Below the pieces are notes generated by a model. The model made no database searches. It was not told where the DNA came from and saw only the letters and a program-made list of their open reading frames with translations. The position numbers and the translations under genes were made by a program. From the NCBI GenBank assembly GCA_964234715.1, contig OZ174276.1: DNA of 64,000 nucleotides; one strand, written 5' to 3'. The stretch is from Podarcis melisellensis. Lineage: Eukaryota. Below, piece by piece: positions 36,601 through 49,751 of the stretch (its first letter is position 1; every line of letters begins with the position of its first letter).

Positions 36601-37081
36601 GGGGAGTGTTGCTTTTTAAACGATGGAATGCATTTTGAATTAGACTGTGAGAGGAAGGTGATGCACGTGAAAAGCTGGGAGAAAGCCACACAGCACGGCT
36701 GGAGGTGCTGGTTCACAGGAGGTTAAAGGATTGGCATCTGCGCTTCCCTGTGGTGGTGGTTGTTGCAAAATGCCAATTACATAATGAGCAGGAGAAAAGC
36801 AAACGATCTAATCGCCTATTAAAATATTTCCAAGCGGTGAAATTAATACAATTCCCTCCTCATAATTTACTTGCTCCTGTACAAAAATTAACATAGATAA
36901 ATAAATTTTAAAAAGGAAGAGAAATATATTTTCCATTAAAATGTGATAATGGCTGCATGACGATGCTCCAGCACATGAATCTGGTTTTATTAATTCACCT
37001 CCATGCAATTGACAACATTCAGCCTTTGGCTTTCCACTGAGCAACATAGCAGCCCAGAATTAAAATGGACGTGCTACTCAT

Positions 37082-37253
37082 GGGCTGGATCTAGACATAT
37101 CAAAGATGCATTTCAGTTTAAAGCATTGTAAATTTAAACAGGGAAAACAGGCAGAGAAAAATGGGGCTCCACATCGCCATCTCATGGCACAATGTTATAT
37201 CGCATATACAACACATATAAATCGGTTTTCCTTTACCAGTCTAGCTGAGTCCA
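37082..37253. mobile_element. Short MITE carrying a CTCF-like motif
   Basis: Termini gggctggatctagac ... gtctagctgagtcc. Confidence 0.45.
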
Positions 37254-40200
37254 TAGTTTCTTCAAACCACTAGGCAAAAAGAGAGAGCCAGTCAGTCACT
37301 CCAGGGATCTACATGCCTTTCCTCTTCGGCCCAACCCTTCAGCCTGATCTCAGCCAAGGAACCATTACCATATCCTTTCTTTCTGTCACATTATTCATAT
37401 TCAATCTTTTCACAAAGGACAAGGAAACAACCATCACCTGGAAATTGGGGGCATCGTCTGAAATAAGTGACCCAATTTCCAGCCATGTCACAACAATGCT
37501 GCTCTGGGAAAGTGAGATGTGCCATTTGGCTGCCACAACTTAATCATTCCTTTGATGTGGCAGAACATGGCCAAGGAATGACTTGGAAGCTCTGCTCAGA
37601 GAGACCCCCCAAATGGCACCTGCCAGATGTAAAGGGCCCAAAATAATAATTGGTATTTGCTTCTGTCTCTTAATGCAGCATTTTCTGCCTTAGCTTGTCT
37701 CCTGCTCTGTCCTCCAAGGCTCAGGAGGGATGAAGAGGATGTGCTTTCCCCAAGCTTGGGCAGCAGAAACCTGTGGTAATGTCTAAAGTGAGATGAGAAC
37801 CACAGGATGTGGCCTGAGTCACAGGATGTGTGTGTGATTTACCTTCCCAGCTTGACGAGCTCCATCTGCCCCTCACTTCCCTCCACAGCACATGCAGAAA
37901 CCACCTCCTTGACTGTGGGACCCGCTATTGGTCTTGTCCTCTCAATCTGCCGGAGCCTGTCTTCACATGCAGGGAAAGTCCCTAACCCACTGAGACTCAT
38001 CTGTTACCCTCACCCAGTTAAACAGGCCAGTCAAAGCCATTTCCTGGAGTCTGGCCGCTGTTGCATGCTGACAGCTTTTGGGAGCCACAGGTGAGAACTG
38101 AGTGCAGGATGGGAACTAAAGGTGAACAAACTACCCCAGAAGGAGCATGACATGTCCCCCACAAGAGATACCACCCACCCCTAACACCCCATACACCCCT
38201 GACAGGATACTTCAGTTCAGAATTTACCACTATAGCACTGTTGTGGACTGATGGATTGTGGCACCTCAAACATAGGCACAGTGTGATGCTACGGGGAAGG
38301 AAGGTGCTGCAGCAGTATATAAAAGGCTGCAATGTGGAATCTTTTTATTCAATGTATTATAAATTATACTAAAAAGAAACAGTCGCTGAGTTTTGCAATA
38401 CACACATTAAAATTTAATTATCTAATTAATCAAGCATTTAACAACCAGATCAATCAATAGACCCATCCAATTGTCAGTGTGCTGCATTTCAGTTTTTTGT
38501 ATTCCTTGTGATGTTTTCTGCTGTTTCTCCTGCCTGAAATCTGAACTGCTCAGTGGTTCTGTGCCTTGCTAAAATTACAAATAGACACTGTCCTTTATAA
38601 GGGCAGCATTGAGTAGCAAGCACTCTTTCCCCCATCAAATGTTTCCCACAATTCTATCTAGCCTTAAGCAAATGAAAAACAACTAATTTCTTATTTCCAT
38701 AAATAATGAATAGCAAAATGCACTCCCACGTGAAGAATGAAATGTTGATAAGGTCTTTTCTGACAGCCTTATGAGGTCTGGAGTATTCACTCTTCTTTCA
38801 TAAGAACATAAACATTGCCCAGGTACCACAAGACCACTGTAAGTTGTCTTGTATCCACCTGTGAATCAAGAATTACTTGTCAATGATATTTCATGATATG
38901 AATATTCTTAGGACCAGTTACTAGGTATTTAAGCTGTTTCTGTTTAAGCTCTTACGCCCAGGCTGTATGTCACAGGGGTAAGATATATGATGGCCAGTCA
39001 TGTGAAAGGTCCCACACCAGCTTGGTATCTACCTCATTTGGGGACACTGAAGACCATGTGCAGTGTTCTGAGTTACCCCCTCTTGCATACATTTACTACA
39101 GTAAAGAGGAACCTGGTCACATGCAAGTGGCTTTTCAGTAGCAACCATCTTGCCAATGTGTGTGTCTTAATTGACCCTGAGGACAGGGGGCTTGTACAAT
39201 AGAGTTCAGAGCAAATAATTTCAGGGGCCGTATAGCATTTCCCTGGCACTACTTTGCATTTCCTGCTTCAGGATGAAACCTCTTAGGAATCACAGAACAT
39301 TGCCCTGTTTCCCCAAAATAAATATTCTTCAGCGCTGTAGCACATTTCTGCAGCAAATTCTGCCAGGTGCTGCATAACATGACCGGCTGCAAATGGCCAC
39401 ACTGCAGCCATCATGCATTCCCTACTGTGATGGCATCTGGGAACTGCATTGCTGATAAGGAATACATGGGGTGTGTGCTGGTGTGTGTTTGGAAACACAC
39501 AAATAAACAGTTATGGCTAAACAGTGATTTAATTCTGTCTGAAGGTCCTTCATATAACTGTTTCATCAACGTTCCTCACACATGACTGAGAAGAACCGAA
39601 TATGCAGGGCCCCAGCACCCTCTTCCTAAACTAGCCAGAAATAGTCCCATTATTCAACAGACACTTGTCTAACCGTTCCCTTTTGTGGTTTGACTATCTA
39701 GGGTCTGCAGCTGGCTGCTGCTTGTTCTTGCCGTAATTGCTCCTCTTCTGGCGAATCACGAATGTATGCGGCAGGATTTCTTGTTTTATTATTGTTGTTA
39801 TTATTTTAGGATGAATTTTTAAATGGCTGTAGTGTTATGAAAAGTGCCGGCCGCACGAGGCATAACAATACTGCCAGAGCCGCAAATAAAAGGGTCATTG
39901 CTGTGCTCAGCCTCTGAGAGCAGCCTCCTGCCTGCGGAGTGTCTGTGCGAATACATCACCCCTTTCCCATGGTAGTTCTCCAAGTGAGACTCTGACAATG
40001 GGACAAAAGGCAATCCAATAAAAAGCAATTTACTCTGCTGACTATTTCCGCTGTCTCCAGAGGTTCTGCTGAAGATATTGCCATGCATATGAGGAGACAG
40101 ATATTCTCCCTTCCCCACCCCAAATCACAGCACACATTCAGCGCTTCTCTGCTTTTTGTTCCCACAATTTATTTATCTATGGGTTTTTTAGGCCTCACCT

Positions 40201-40870
40201 TTGGGGCTAATGAACCCCCCCCCCCCACACAAAAAGAAACAGCTTAAAGAGCTTGTGTGGGATAGTTAGTAGTGGCCGGTGCTAAGCTTTCTGCTTCCTT
40301 GCTGATCCCCCTCATGGTAACCAGCCATGGCATGAATGTTGGGAAGTCAGTACAGTAACGCAGCCCCAGCAGCTGCCACTGGGTATAGAAGAGAGCGTCC
40401 TGAACTTGGATGGGGCAAACCATCTGAGTTCAAATCCACACTAAAGTCTTGCAACTCCCAAGAGAGGCCTAGGCTTCTCCCCCTCCACTACAAAGTTTGG
40501 GGGTGGACAACTGTATTTCATTTTCCTCAGAGGCCTTCTTTCCTTTTCTCTCCGAGTCATAGTTGTAGGACACAGCAGCAGCATTTCTGGGTCCAAAGCC
40601 TGTTAATAGAGGCACTTAAATAATGCAGAGTCTGTCCAGAGAGAAAATACTGGTAACTGAACAAAGTGGGCGAAACAGTATATAACATAAGCAGAAAGAA
40701 ACAGGCTTCGTTCAGGTAAGGGTTGGATTCAGCTAAGCATCCACAAGAAAACTCCCTCACAGCTCAACTTCCTAGCACCCAACAGAGCACATGCTACCTC
40801 AACAAAGATCATGCCATTTTCCTGTTTCCATGTAACACCCCCACTGGTTGTCTTTGGGCAAGTTGATTTA

Positions 40871-41098
40871 CAGTGCTACCTCGAGTTACAAACACCTCAG
40901 GTTACAAATGCTTCAGGTTACAAATTCAAGTTACCTTGAGTTGAGCACTTTCCCCTAGGATGAGAACGGAAATCGTGTGCCGGTGGCGCAGCGGCAGCAA
41001 GAGGCCTCATTAGTGAAAGCACGCCTTTAGTTAAGAATGGTTTCAGGTTGAGAATGGACCTCCGGAACGAATTAAGTTTGTAACTAGAGGTACCACTG
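40871..41098. mobile_element. Tc1/mariner (pogo-like) MITE
   Basis: TA|cagtgctacctc...gaggtaccactg|TA; same family as 10804. Confidence 0.9.
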
Positions 41099-41606
41099 TA
41101 TTGACAACAGAGTTAACCTTTAAGTTATGAACTGAATGTTCTTTCCCGTTGCAATTCCAGCAATTGGAACAGCACAAAGATATCGCACTTTGCTAACTGT
41201 AAGGAATGTATGACTACCCTTTGTGCCTCCCCCATTCTAAGGAAGGTGAGAACTGCCTTCTATTTCTCCTCAGCACAATTCAAAACAAAATAAAAACAGT
41301 TCAGTTTATATTAAGATTTCCTGTCAACAGATTCAATGCACTTATCCACGGTTGTTTTGTTGTCATCATAAAAAAAAACTCCAAGAAGGGAGGAGAAATA
41401 GATGGAGAGCAGCATTCCCCCACCAACCTGGTTATGCTGTAATTAAGGTGAAGCCAGATGGTCTGATTATGTCAATAAGGCCCTTATGAAAAAGGCCTAA
41501 ACAAGGATGTTGGCAATGTTTTAGACACAAAGGAAGTCTTTAATTTCTGCTTTCAAAGTCAGCTCTGGTTTTCAGCTGAATTCTTTCAAGTGAGAGTATG
41601 AAGTAG

Positions 41607-42096
41607 AGAGTGATAAAGAGTAGAAGAGTGATAAAGTTCCCACAAGGAAAGAATGGATCTCAAAACTAGTGGAATATGCGGAGTTAGACAGCTTGTCTGA
41701 GAAAATAAAGAATAAACCAAAACAGGCATTTATTTCAAAGTGGGAAGTCTTTAAAATATACTTGAAAAATATTTAAAGTTTAAACTCTGTCACAGCATTT
41801 GAATAACTTCAGTAGTAGTTATAAGTATGTAGTTAGGGATAAGGTAGTTTAACCATATTTAAATTTTGACAAGAATGTATTATGTAATGTCAGTAAATTA
41901 AGGAAGAAAAAATGAAGTATGGAGTGGACAGGAAGTCGGGTCTACAGTAACAAGACCATTTTTATTTTATTCTTTTGTGAACAATATTGAGTCTAGTTGT
42001 TGTTCTTTCTTTCTTTCTTTCTTTGTTTTGTGTCATTGTATGTGGATAATTGTACTTTTTGTTGAATAAAGTGAAAACAACAATCATAAAAAAGAT
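41607..42096 (+). mobile_element. L1 3' fragment (copy G)
   Basis: 12-bp TSD agtatgaagtag at 41595-41606 and 42097-42108; encodes VPTRKEWISKLVEYAELD..KWEVFKIYL; AATAAA at 42065. Confidence 0.85.
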
Positions 42097-45000
42097 AGTA
42101 TGAAGTAGCTTCAGTGGGTGATTTCAGTCAGATGGGGGAGAATAAGAAATCAGCCTATTGCATTACACTGCCCAGATTTGGCCTACCAAAGTGGCTGATT
42201 TAGCATTGCATTATAAATAAGTTTTGTTGGCCGGATAACGAACTTGCAACAATTTTGGGGTGGATGTATTTTTGTTGGCAGAACTCTTGCTGAATCAAAC
42301 TGAGAATATTTTCTATGAACCCCATAGATGTAGGTTTATATAACTCTTCTTTTATTAACAGACATTAGTCAAATGAGATGCAAATATTCCCTTTTCAGAA
42401 AAGTGGCCTCTGTGGTTCTCCTTTAGATCTCGAACTTTTAACTTGATATTATTGCAATGTGTGCCTTGGAGGATAAGAAACACAAAAGGTAACGTGGTTT
42501 GTCGGATCAGTTTCTGCTAGTAAAAGCTTTTCTTTGAGTTTCAAAGAGGTTGGCTTGAAGGCAGGTTCCATAACACTCAAAATTGTGCATGCTTTCATCA
42601 AATGAAGTTCCTTCAATGAAAGATGCTCCTGCTGTGGGAGGTCTAGCTTCTGAATAGCCTTTAAGTGGATTTAAGTGCAAGTATATCTGTGGGGTCTGCA
42701 GTAGCTTTAAAATGATACTTCTCTTAGGGCCCCTAACAGTGGTAGTAGCTGCTTAGAATATCTAATGATACTTACCTTATTTACCTTAGTTTTGTGGCTT
42801 GTACCAGCCTTTGTTGCAGAGGTGGATTTAGGGTAGTACAACCAGTTCGGTCGCACTGGGTGTAGAGCTGCAATGGACACCACAACTATGATTTAGAATG
42901 GAGTGTGAGAGGTGGGGGTGCCAAATTTGCCATTGCACAGGGCATCACCAAAATTTGAAACCCTAAGGTCCATTACTATCAGTTTGGGCAATTTTGTTAT
43001 TCCTACTTTTTCCCTTACTTATTCACCCCCCCCCCGCTCTTTCCAGGCACAGCCTATGTTTTAAAGCACCATGTCCTAGTGCCCTTTTTATTATTATTCC
43101 CCACAAAAACCTGCTCTTTAAAGCAGAATTAGAGTAAACGTCAATTGGTGGAAGACTCAAATTGATGTTTGCTCCGATTCAGCTTTAAAGAGTGGGTTTT
43201 TGTAGGGAAAGATTGGGGCAAAAAACCCACCAAACAACCATCACTTGGATGTGGATTGTTAAAGTACAGACCTCTGCCTAGAAACAGCAGGGCAAAAAGT
43301 AAGTGTGGATAAGCCCGTTTTCTTCCCTACTGAGTTCTAGAAAGACAAAGGTCTTTCCTCTTAAGGAGGAAGAAGCTGGCAGCTGCGGTCACTCCCTGAA
43401 CTGCTTGTAAGTAAGAAGTCTTGGAGGAATGAAACCTGAGGTTCATGAAGAAGTGTCCCATACACCAGCTTCCACTATGGAAGAGACTGGCAGAATTATC
43501 AGAAAAACTAGCGCTGTGCACATGACTCAGTCAAGGCCTTGGACCAAACTGAGACAATTCAAGTGGATCTAGGCATCGTTTAATTCAGGTTGAGACAGCT
43601 TCAAATTACTGTGGGGAGGGTTGGGTAGCTCAGAGCAGTCCAGGGCTGCTAGAGAGTGGGGTGTCGAGCACGAAAGAGAGGCAGGCACCGAGCAAATAAT
43701 AATAATAATAAATAAATGCAAAAAGGCAGAGAGGATTCTACCCGACTGGCTGTATCTTCTCAGGAGAAGGTAGGAGATCCCACCTGGCCCCTCCTTCCCA
43801 CCTGGTGCCCTGCCCCCTGGAGCAGATTATGGTGATTTGTTTTTAAGGCTGCTTCTAACTTTACAAATTCAAAGGAAATGTTTTATATCCCACATTTCTT
43901 CCCAAGGCTCACAGGGAGACTAATGAGAAGGCTGTTTAATACAGGCGGGTATTTGCAACACTTTCTTCCCTCTCAGAATGGGTCTCTCCTGCCTCTGTGC
44001 ACCTGGCACTGCTTGTGTCAGAAAGAATACCTCCAGCTTGTCAGTTGTTATCTGTGTAACCTCTGTAAGCGAAATAAATAAAATAAAAATACTGTGTGTG
44101 AACAGCCCTTACTATTTCATTCCTCTGCCAAGTGAAGTGTTTTTATCACAAGGACCTTTTGATAAGAAAACACTTCTCTAGTACCAGAAGCTTCTCTAGT
44201 ACCAGACGCTTCTGTATAAATATAAAAAATAAACATGGAGTGAGTACTTTTCCAGTTTTAGGCTTCGAAATATCCCAGAGTTTAGTGATCCAGATATTGC
44301 TGAATATTTCAGTACCTCCTTAATTTTCACAGCGATAAGAATGCTTGTTGTTGTAAAATGAAGTGTATTGCTTTGCGCTTCATTGGATTGAGGTCTTAAT
44401 CTCTGCCCCAGGAAGTCTTACTGAATGCAGCACTTGTTTATTTACTTGTATATACAGCAGGCTTCCTTATTTAATATGATCTAATCCAAGAGGTTCCCAG
44501 GTTGTGACTGCTTGAGCTTTTGCAAGCCATCCTATCAGTGTAAACACTGATGCAAATAGATCTTTGGGATAACCTTTGGACTCCATTTCCTTTTTGACAT
44601 TTATCACATTAGTGATGCATCAGGCAACCTGGTACAGTTTGGTTCCACTGTTTGTCTCTATGCTTAGAGGAACCTGGTGTTGGAATAAGAAGGGTTCTGC
44701 AGGTCAGAAGAGATGGATTTTGGCCATGGGGATCATTTTTCCAAAAAATAAAAAAAATGGAGTCATGCAGACAAGATTATACAAGGTATTAGGACCGTGA
44801 GATTGAGGAGGAAATAGTTTGGGACTGGTAGGCCAGTCAAGGTTGTTAAACGGGGGAGAGAAAGGAAGAGCTCTTCCTAAGGAAGTCCTTAAACAGCATA
44901 GAAACTAAAACAAAGGCTGCAACTTTGTCCATATTCAGCAGTGGCAACGTTTTGCTGACATGAGTAATCCTATCAGAACGCACCATAAGAGAACTTTCTG

Positions 45001-45537
45001 AAAAGCTAAACAATATACTACCCATAGCTAGGATTTTATAGTATCCCCAAAATATATCTTTATGCACTAAGAACAGAAGAAAAGCTATGATGGGTTAGTC
45101 CAATAGCCCATCTAGTCTAACAGTCTGTCCTGACAGTGACCAGCCAGATATCCATGGGAAGCCTGCAAGCAGTGGCAGACTTTGGGGCCTCAAATTTCAG
45201 TGGTGCCCTGTGCGATGCCAAAATCCAGCTCGACCCACCTCTCGCCTTCCGTTGGACATCATGGTTGTGGTGCCCCAGAAGCTCCGCTTCCATACATCTG
45301 CAGTTAGGAACACTTTGCAGCTTGAGCCCCAGAAATGGGTGTTCAGAGGCAGTTTATTCCAATGGGAAAGCAGTGGCTTTTCAGGGTTTCAGAGAAGGGA
45401 GTCTTCCCCAGCCCAATCTGGAGGTGTTAGGGATTGAATATGAGGCCTTGTGCATGCAGAACAGTTGATCTGCTGTTTTGCTATGCCCCTTCTCTATTGG
45501 ATGCCCAAAGCACCAAATAAGTAGTCTTGGAACAATC

Positions 45538-45540
<3 letters not shown>

Positions 45541-45571
<31 letters not shown>

Positions 45572-45596
45572 GGAGAGAGAGAGAGAGAGAGAGAGA
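45541..45596. repeat. (CA)n(GA)n microsatellite
   Basis: Direct reading. Confidence 0.95.
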
Positions 45597-48500
45597 CCTG
45601 GTTCAGGTGTAGCAATTTTAAGCCTACAAACCATGGTTTATGAGCCTAGCCCTGCTCAGGAGTACACAATGGACTTAACACACAAGGAGGAGAGAGCTTC
45701 TGTGATCATGCTAGCACTCGCCCACAGTTTCCCTTTGCATGTTCAAAAGCAACTGTGTGCAGTGAGAAAGACTACTGTACTCACAGATGCACCCAGCATT
45801 TTCGAACCCTACTTTTCTGAGATCCCCCATTGCATTTGGACAGGGAAGCTATAATTTAATCCCTCCTAATTAACCATGTTCTGTGAAGGCCTCGCCAAAC
45901 TGGGCGACTGGAAGATATGAAAAGTATCATAAACCAGAGCAAAGTCCCTCCTATTGAGACAGCTCCCCACCAAAAAAAAGGGGGGGAGAAAAAAAAATCA
46001 CATGGACACTAATGGGATTTAAATTGGCTGTAATTATCCAAGAAAGAGATCTTGGGGTCACAGTAAAAGATGCACTGAAATCATCATCTCAGCATGTGGC
46101 CACAGTGAGGGAAAAAAGAGATGAAAATTTGGTGTGATGACTTATTAGGAAAGCGACTGAATAGAAGTAAATTATTCTCTCTCAAAACACTTGAATTCTG
46201 GGTCATCCAATTAAAGTGATTGTCAGTAATTCCAGGACAAGAAACAGGAGGAGCATCTTCATACAGTGATGCACAATTATTTATGAAATTTATTGTCACA
46301 CTTGGTTGTTATGGCTACTAACACATATGGATTTTAACAACAAATTTGACAAATGCATTGTTCTGTCAATAGATGCTCATTGTAATATCAAGATATGGAA
46401 CTTCCACGTTCAGTGACAGTATATTTCTGAAGTCCCTGTTCTGGTTAAATGTACTGTTTGAGTAGTTAATTAAGGTATTTGTGTTTTAATGAGTACCAAC
46501 CCACATGGATCAATACATCTTTGGACCTGAGCCTAAAGAGTTTTAGGGTTCCCCACATGGCTGCTTTCAGGATTGAGGAGCAAAGTGTGTCCTCTTGGTG
46601 TGTCCTTTTTTCTCTTGGTGGGCAACACCAATTATCTGAGCAGTGCTGGGCAGCTGAGTCCAGCCACTATTATCTTTCTCATAATGTCCAAGCTGTAGCA
46701 GGATCCCAGGGCATTGTGGGAAATTTTAAAAACATAAAACATACAGTTAGGTATTTGGGCCCATAGCAAAGGTAGGAATTATTTAAACTGGAGACGCTTA
46801 TACCACTTAAAGATGGAACTTTATTCTCTGAGGGAACATTCCCTCCAACAGCTAGGTAAAGCTACCCAGCCTGGCTTCTATTTTCCTTTTAACCTAGCAT
46901 ACCACCTAATATTAATGTCCACTTTTATGAATATTGAGGCTGGGTAGTTTCTATTTCATTTTTTCTACCTATCAAGGAACCAGGGTCTTTCACCTACAGA
47001 AGGAGACATAACAGAGTAACAACCAGCTTTTGTATTTTGAAAGATAAAGAATCAGCTGCACTCTCTCTCTCTCCCTCCCAACTTGCCTAGCCAGACCATC
47101 CAATTGAAACAGGTAGTGTAATACTGGACTGTTTCCTCTAACCTTTTTGGTACAAAGTTGGTCCTGGGCTTGCATGACATATTGTCCCCTACTTCACTCT
47201 TTGGGCGTGTGTGAATAAATGAACCAGGAAATCTAGAGAACAGGAACACATGATCCAACAGCCTTCTTTTCCAGCGAGAGACAACCCTCTTTGGCACCCC
47301 TTTCTTTTCATGGTGAATAAGAGTGAGGAGCAGGTGAGGGAGGCTATTCCTCTCTGCCATGTCCCCAAGCACAGTCATGTTGCCAAAGAATTTCCCTACT
47401 AAACATAAAGACTAGGATGCTAAGTGTCCTCTTCTGGTACCAACCATTCCCCCCACCCCTCTGAGGTGGGCTTCTGAGTAAATGGAAACTCCAGGTGGGG
47501 AATGCTATTTTCTTCACCCAGAAGTATGCAACATTGTGGTTCTGCATCACCACATACAGCTGCTCTCAAGGTGTGTGTGTGTGCATGTGTGCGTGCATGC
47601 ATGCGCGCGCATGCATGGCGGCCACTAGAAGGAGCATCATACAGGATTGGTGAGCTTTGTTTCTCTCTCAACAACCCCACTCCTCAAAATGACAGAGCAT
47701 TTTGCCACTTTTTGCGATCAACAGCTGCCTCCAAATAGCTGAATAGTGAAGTTAGTGGATTAGATTCCAACCTCATCCTTCTGTCAACTATTAAGTGAAA
47801 CATTATGCAAAGGAAAGGGATGAGTGTGCTGCTTGTTTCCTTTGTAAGAACCAATAATATACAAAACAAAGACCAAATGGAAGTGCTCCAGATTTCATTT
47901 GGGTGCCGAAGGTTGAGTGGTGGTTGGATATTACTTCATGCAAACACCCTAGCCGTTCCTCCCTAATGGCCAACATAACCCCTTTGCTTCTTCATGCAAT
48001 GGCATTTTAAATTCAGATTTAATGGAACCATAATTGTGTTTATTGAATAAATACCAGTGTCTGATGAAGACGATATTCACTGAGTTTACAGAGTCCAAGC
48101 TGCAGCTTCTGCATACCTATTACAGGGTTGTTAAGCCTCACTAAATGTGTTTGCAATAACCACCCAGTATTTCCTTATTAAACAATAACTCTCTCTACTG
48201 AGTCTAAATTAAACCCTTGTTTGAAACACTTCATTTAAAGCATTATTGGGAAACCAAACCTGGGGGGGGGGGGTTGGAGAGAACTAAACCCCATGTTGTG
48301 TCTTGCACCATTATATCTTATGTGTAAGTTTTAATACCGGCTGCAATTGTCTTAAGCCTCTGGCTAGTCTCCTAGTCAAAAAGACACACACAGCTTTTTA
48401 TAAATGAGGCTCGCTCATGAAGTTAGAGAGCAATTCTAGGCACAAGAACCTGGTGTAAAGTTAAGCCAATGTAAAGTTATACCAGACCCAAACCCTGTTC

Positions 48501-48731
48501 AGCAGCAGGGCTGCTGCGCTGTCTAAGCCAGGCAGAGGGGAAACAAGTCTTTAAAATAGTGTTCTATGTTGGGTCGCCATGTCACATGATTTAGCTTAAT
48601 TTAGCAACTTACACTCACCTTAGCTCAGGCAGCTGGAGCCCTGACTGAGCTGGGATGAACAAGTTATGCCAGCACTTCTTCAACTGAGCTGGGCTTGGGG
48701 ACTTAACACTAGCTAAACCTGGGTGAAAAAA

Positions 48732-49087
48732 GGGACGCGGGTGGCGCTGTGGGTTAAACCACAGAGCCTAGGACTTGCCTATCAGAAGTTCGGCGGTTCG
48801 AATCCCCATGACGGGGTGAGCTCCTGTTGCTCTGTCCCTGCTCCTGCCCACCTAGCAGTTTGAAAGCACATCAAAGTGCAGGTAGACAAATAGGTACCGC
48901 TCTGGCGGGAAGGTAAATGGCATTTCCGTGCGCTGCTCTGGTTCGCCAGAAGCGGCTTAGTCATGCTGGCCACATGACTCGGAAGTTGTATGCCGGCTCC
49001 CTCGGCCAATAAAGCGAGATGAGCGCCGCAACCCCAGAGTCGGCCACGACTGGACCTAATTGTCAGGGGTCCCTTTACCTTTACCTT
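48732..49087 (+). mobile_element. Sauria SINE
   Basis: gggacgcgggtggcgctgtggg head, (ACCTTT)n tail, TSD taaacct(g/a)ggtgaa plus extra A residues at the 5' junction. Confidence 0.93.
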
Positions 49088-49464
49088 TAAACCTAGGTGA
49101 ACTGTGCCAGAACTCTGCTGCATTCCTAACTGCTCGTTTTGCCAAATGTTGCAATAGGATTGCCACCTTAATCTCTTGTCTTAATCCTTACTTGCCTGTT
49201 TCAACTCTTTTCAGGTAAAACGACAACAGTTTCAGGACTGATTCAAACATGCACTTATGAGGTGGAGTCATCCTCACTCTGGGATTCCCTGTCCCATCTC
49301 AGTTTCAAATAGGAAACAATTTCTCTCCCTGGAATTGATCCAACATGAATATATTGGAGCAAGTGAAGCCAGAGAAAGTTAGTTTTCCTTTCAATGTGGA
49401 AACTTCCACAGTTTCCATATCAGGATGGTTTCAGACATAACAGTCCACATCCTAATGAAGCAAA

Positions 49465-49698
49465 GTTACAGGGAACCAGGCAGAGGGCCTTCTTGGTAGT
49501 GGTGCCTTTCCTGTAGAATGTCCTCCCATCAGATGTCAAAGAAATAAACAATTATATGACATTTAGAAGACATCTGAAGGCAGCCCTGTTTAGGTAAGTA
49601 TTTAATGACTGATGTTTTAATGTACCGGTATTTTTAATCTTTTGTTGGAAGCCGCCCAGAGTGGCTGGAGAAACCCAGCCAGATGGGTAGGGTAGAAA

Positions 49699-49747
<49 letters not shown>
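49465..49747 (+). mobile_element. L2 LINE 3' end with (ATT)n tail (same family on minus strand at about 51100-51190)
   Basis: agggccttcttggtagtgg...gaagccgcccagagtggctgg...gatgggtagggtagaaat(att)n resembles squamate L2 3' ends. Confidence 0.7.
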
Positions 49748-49751
<4 letters not shown>

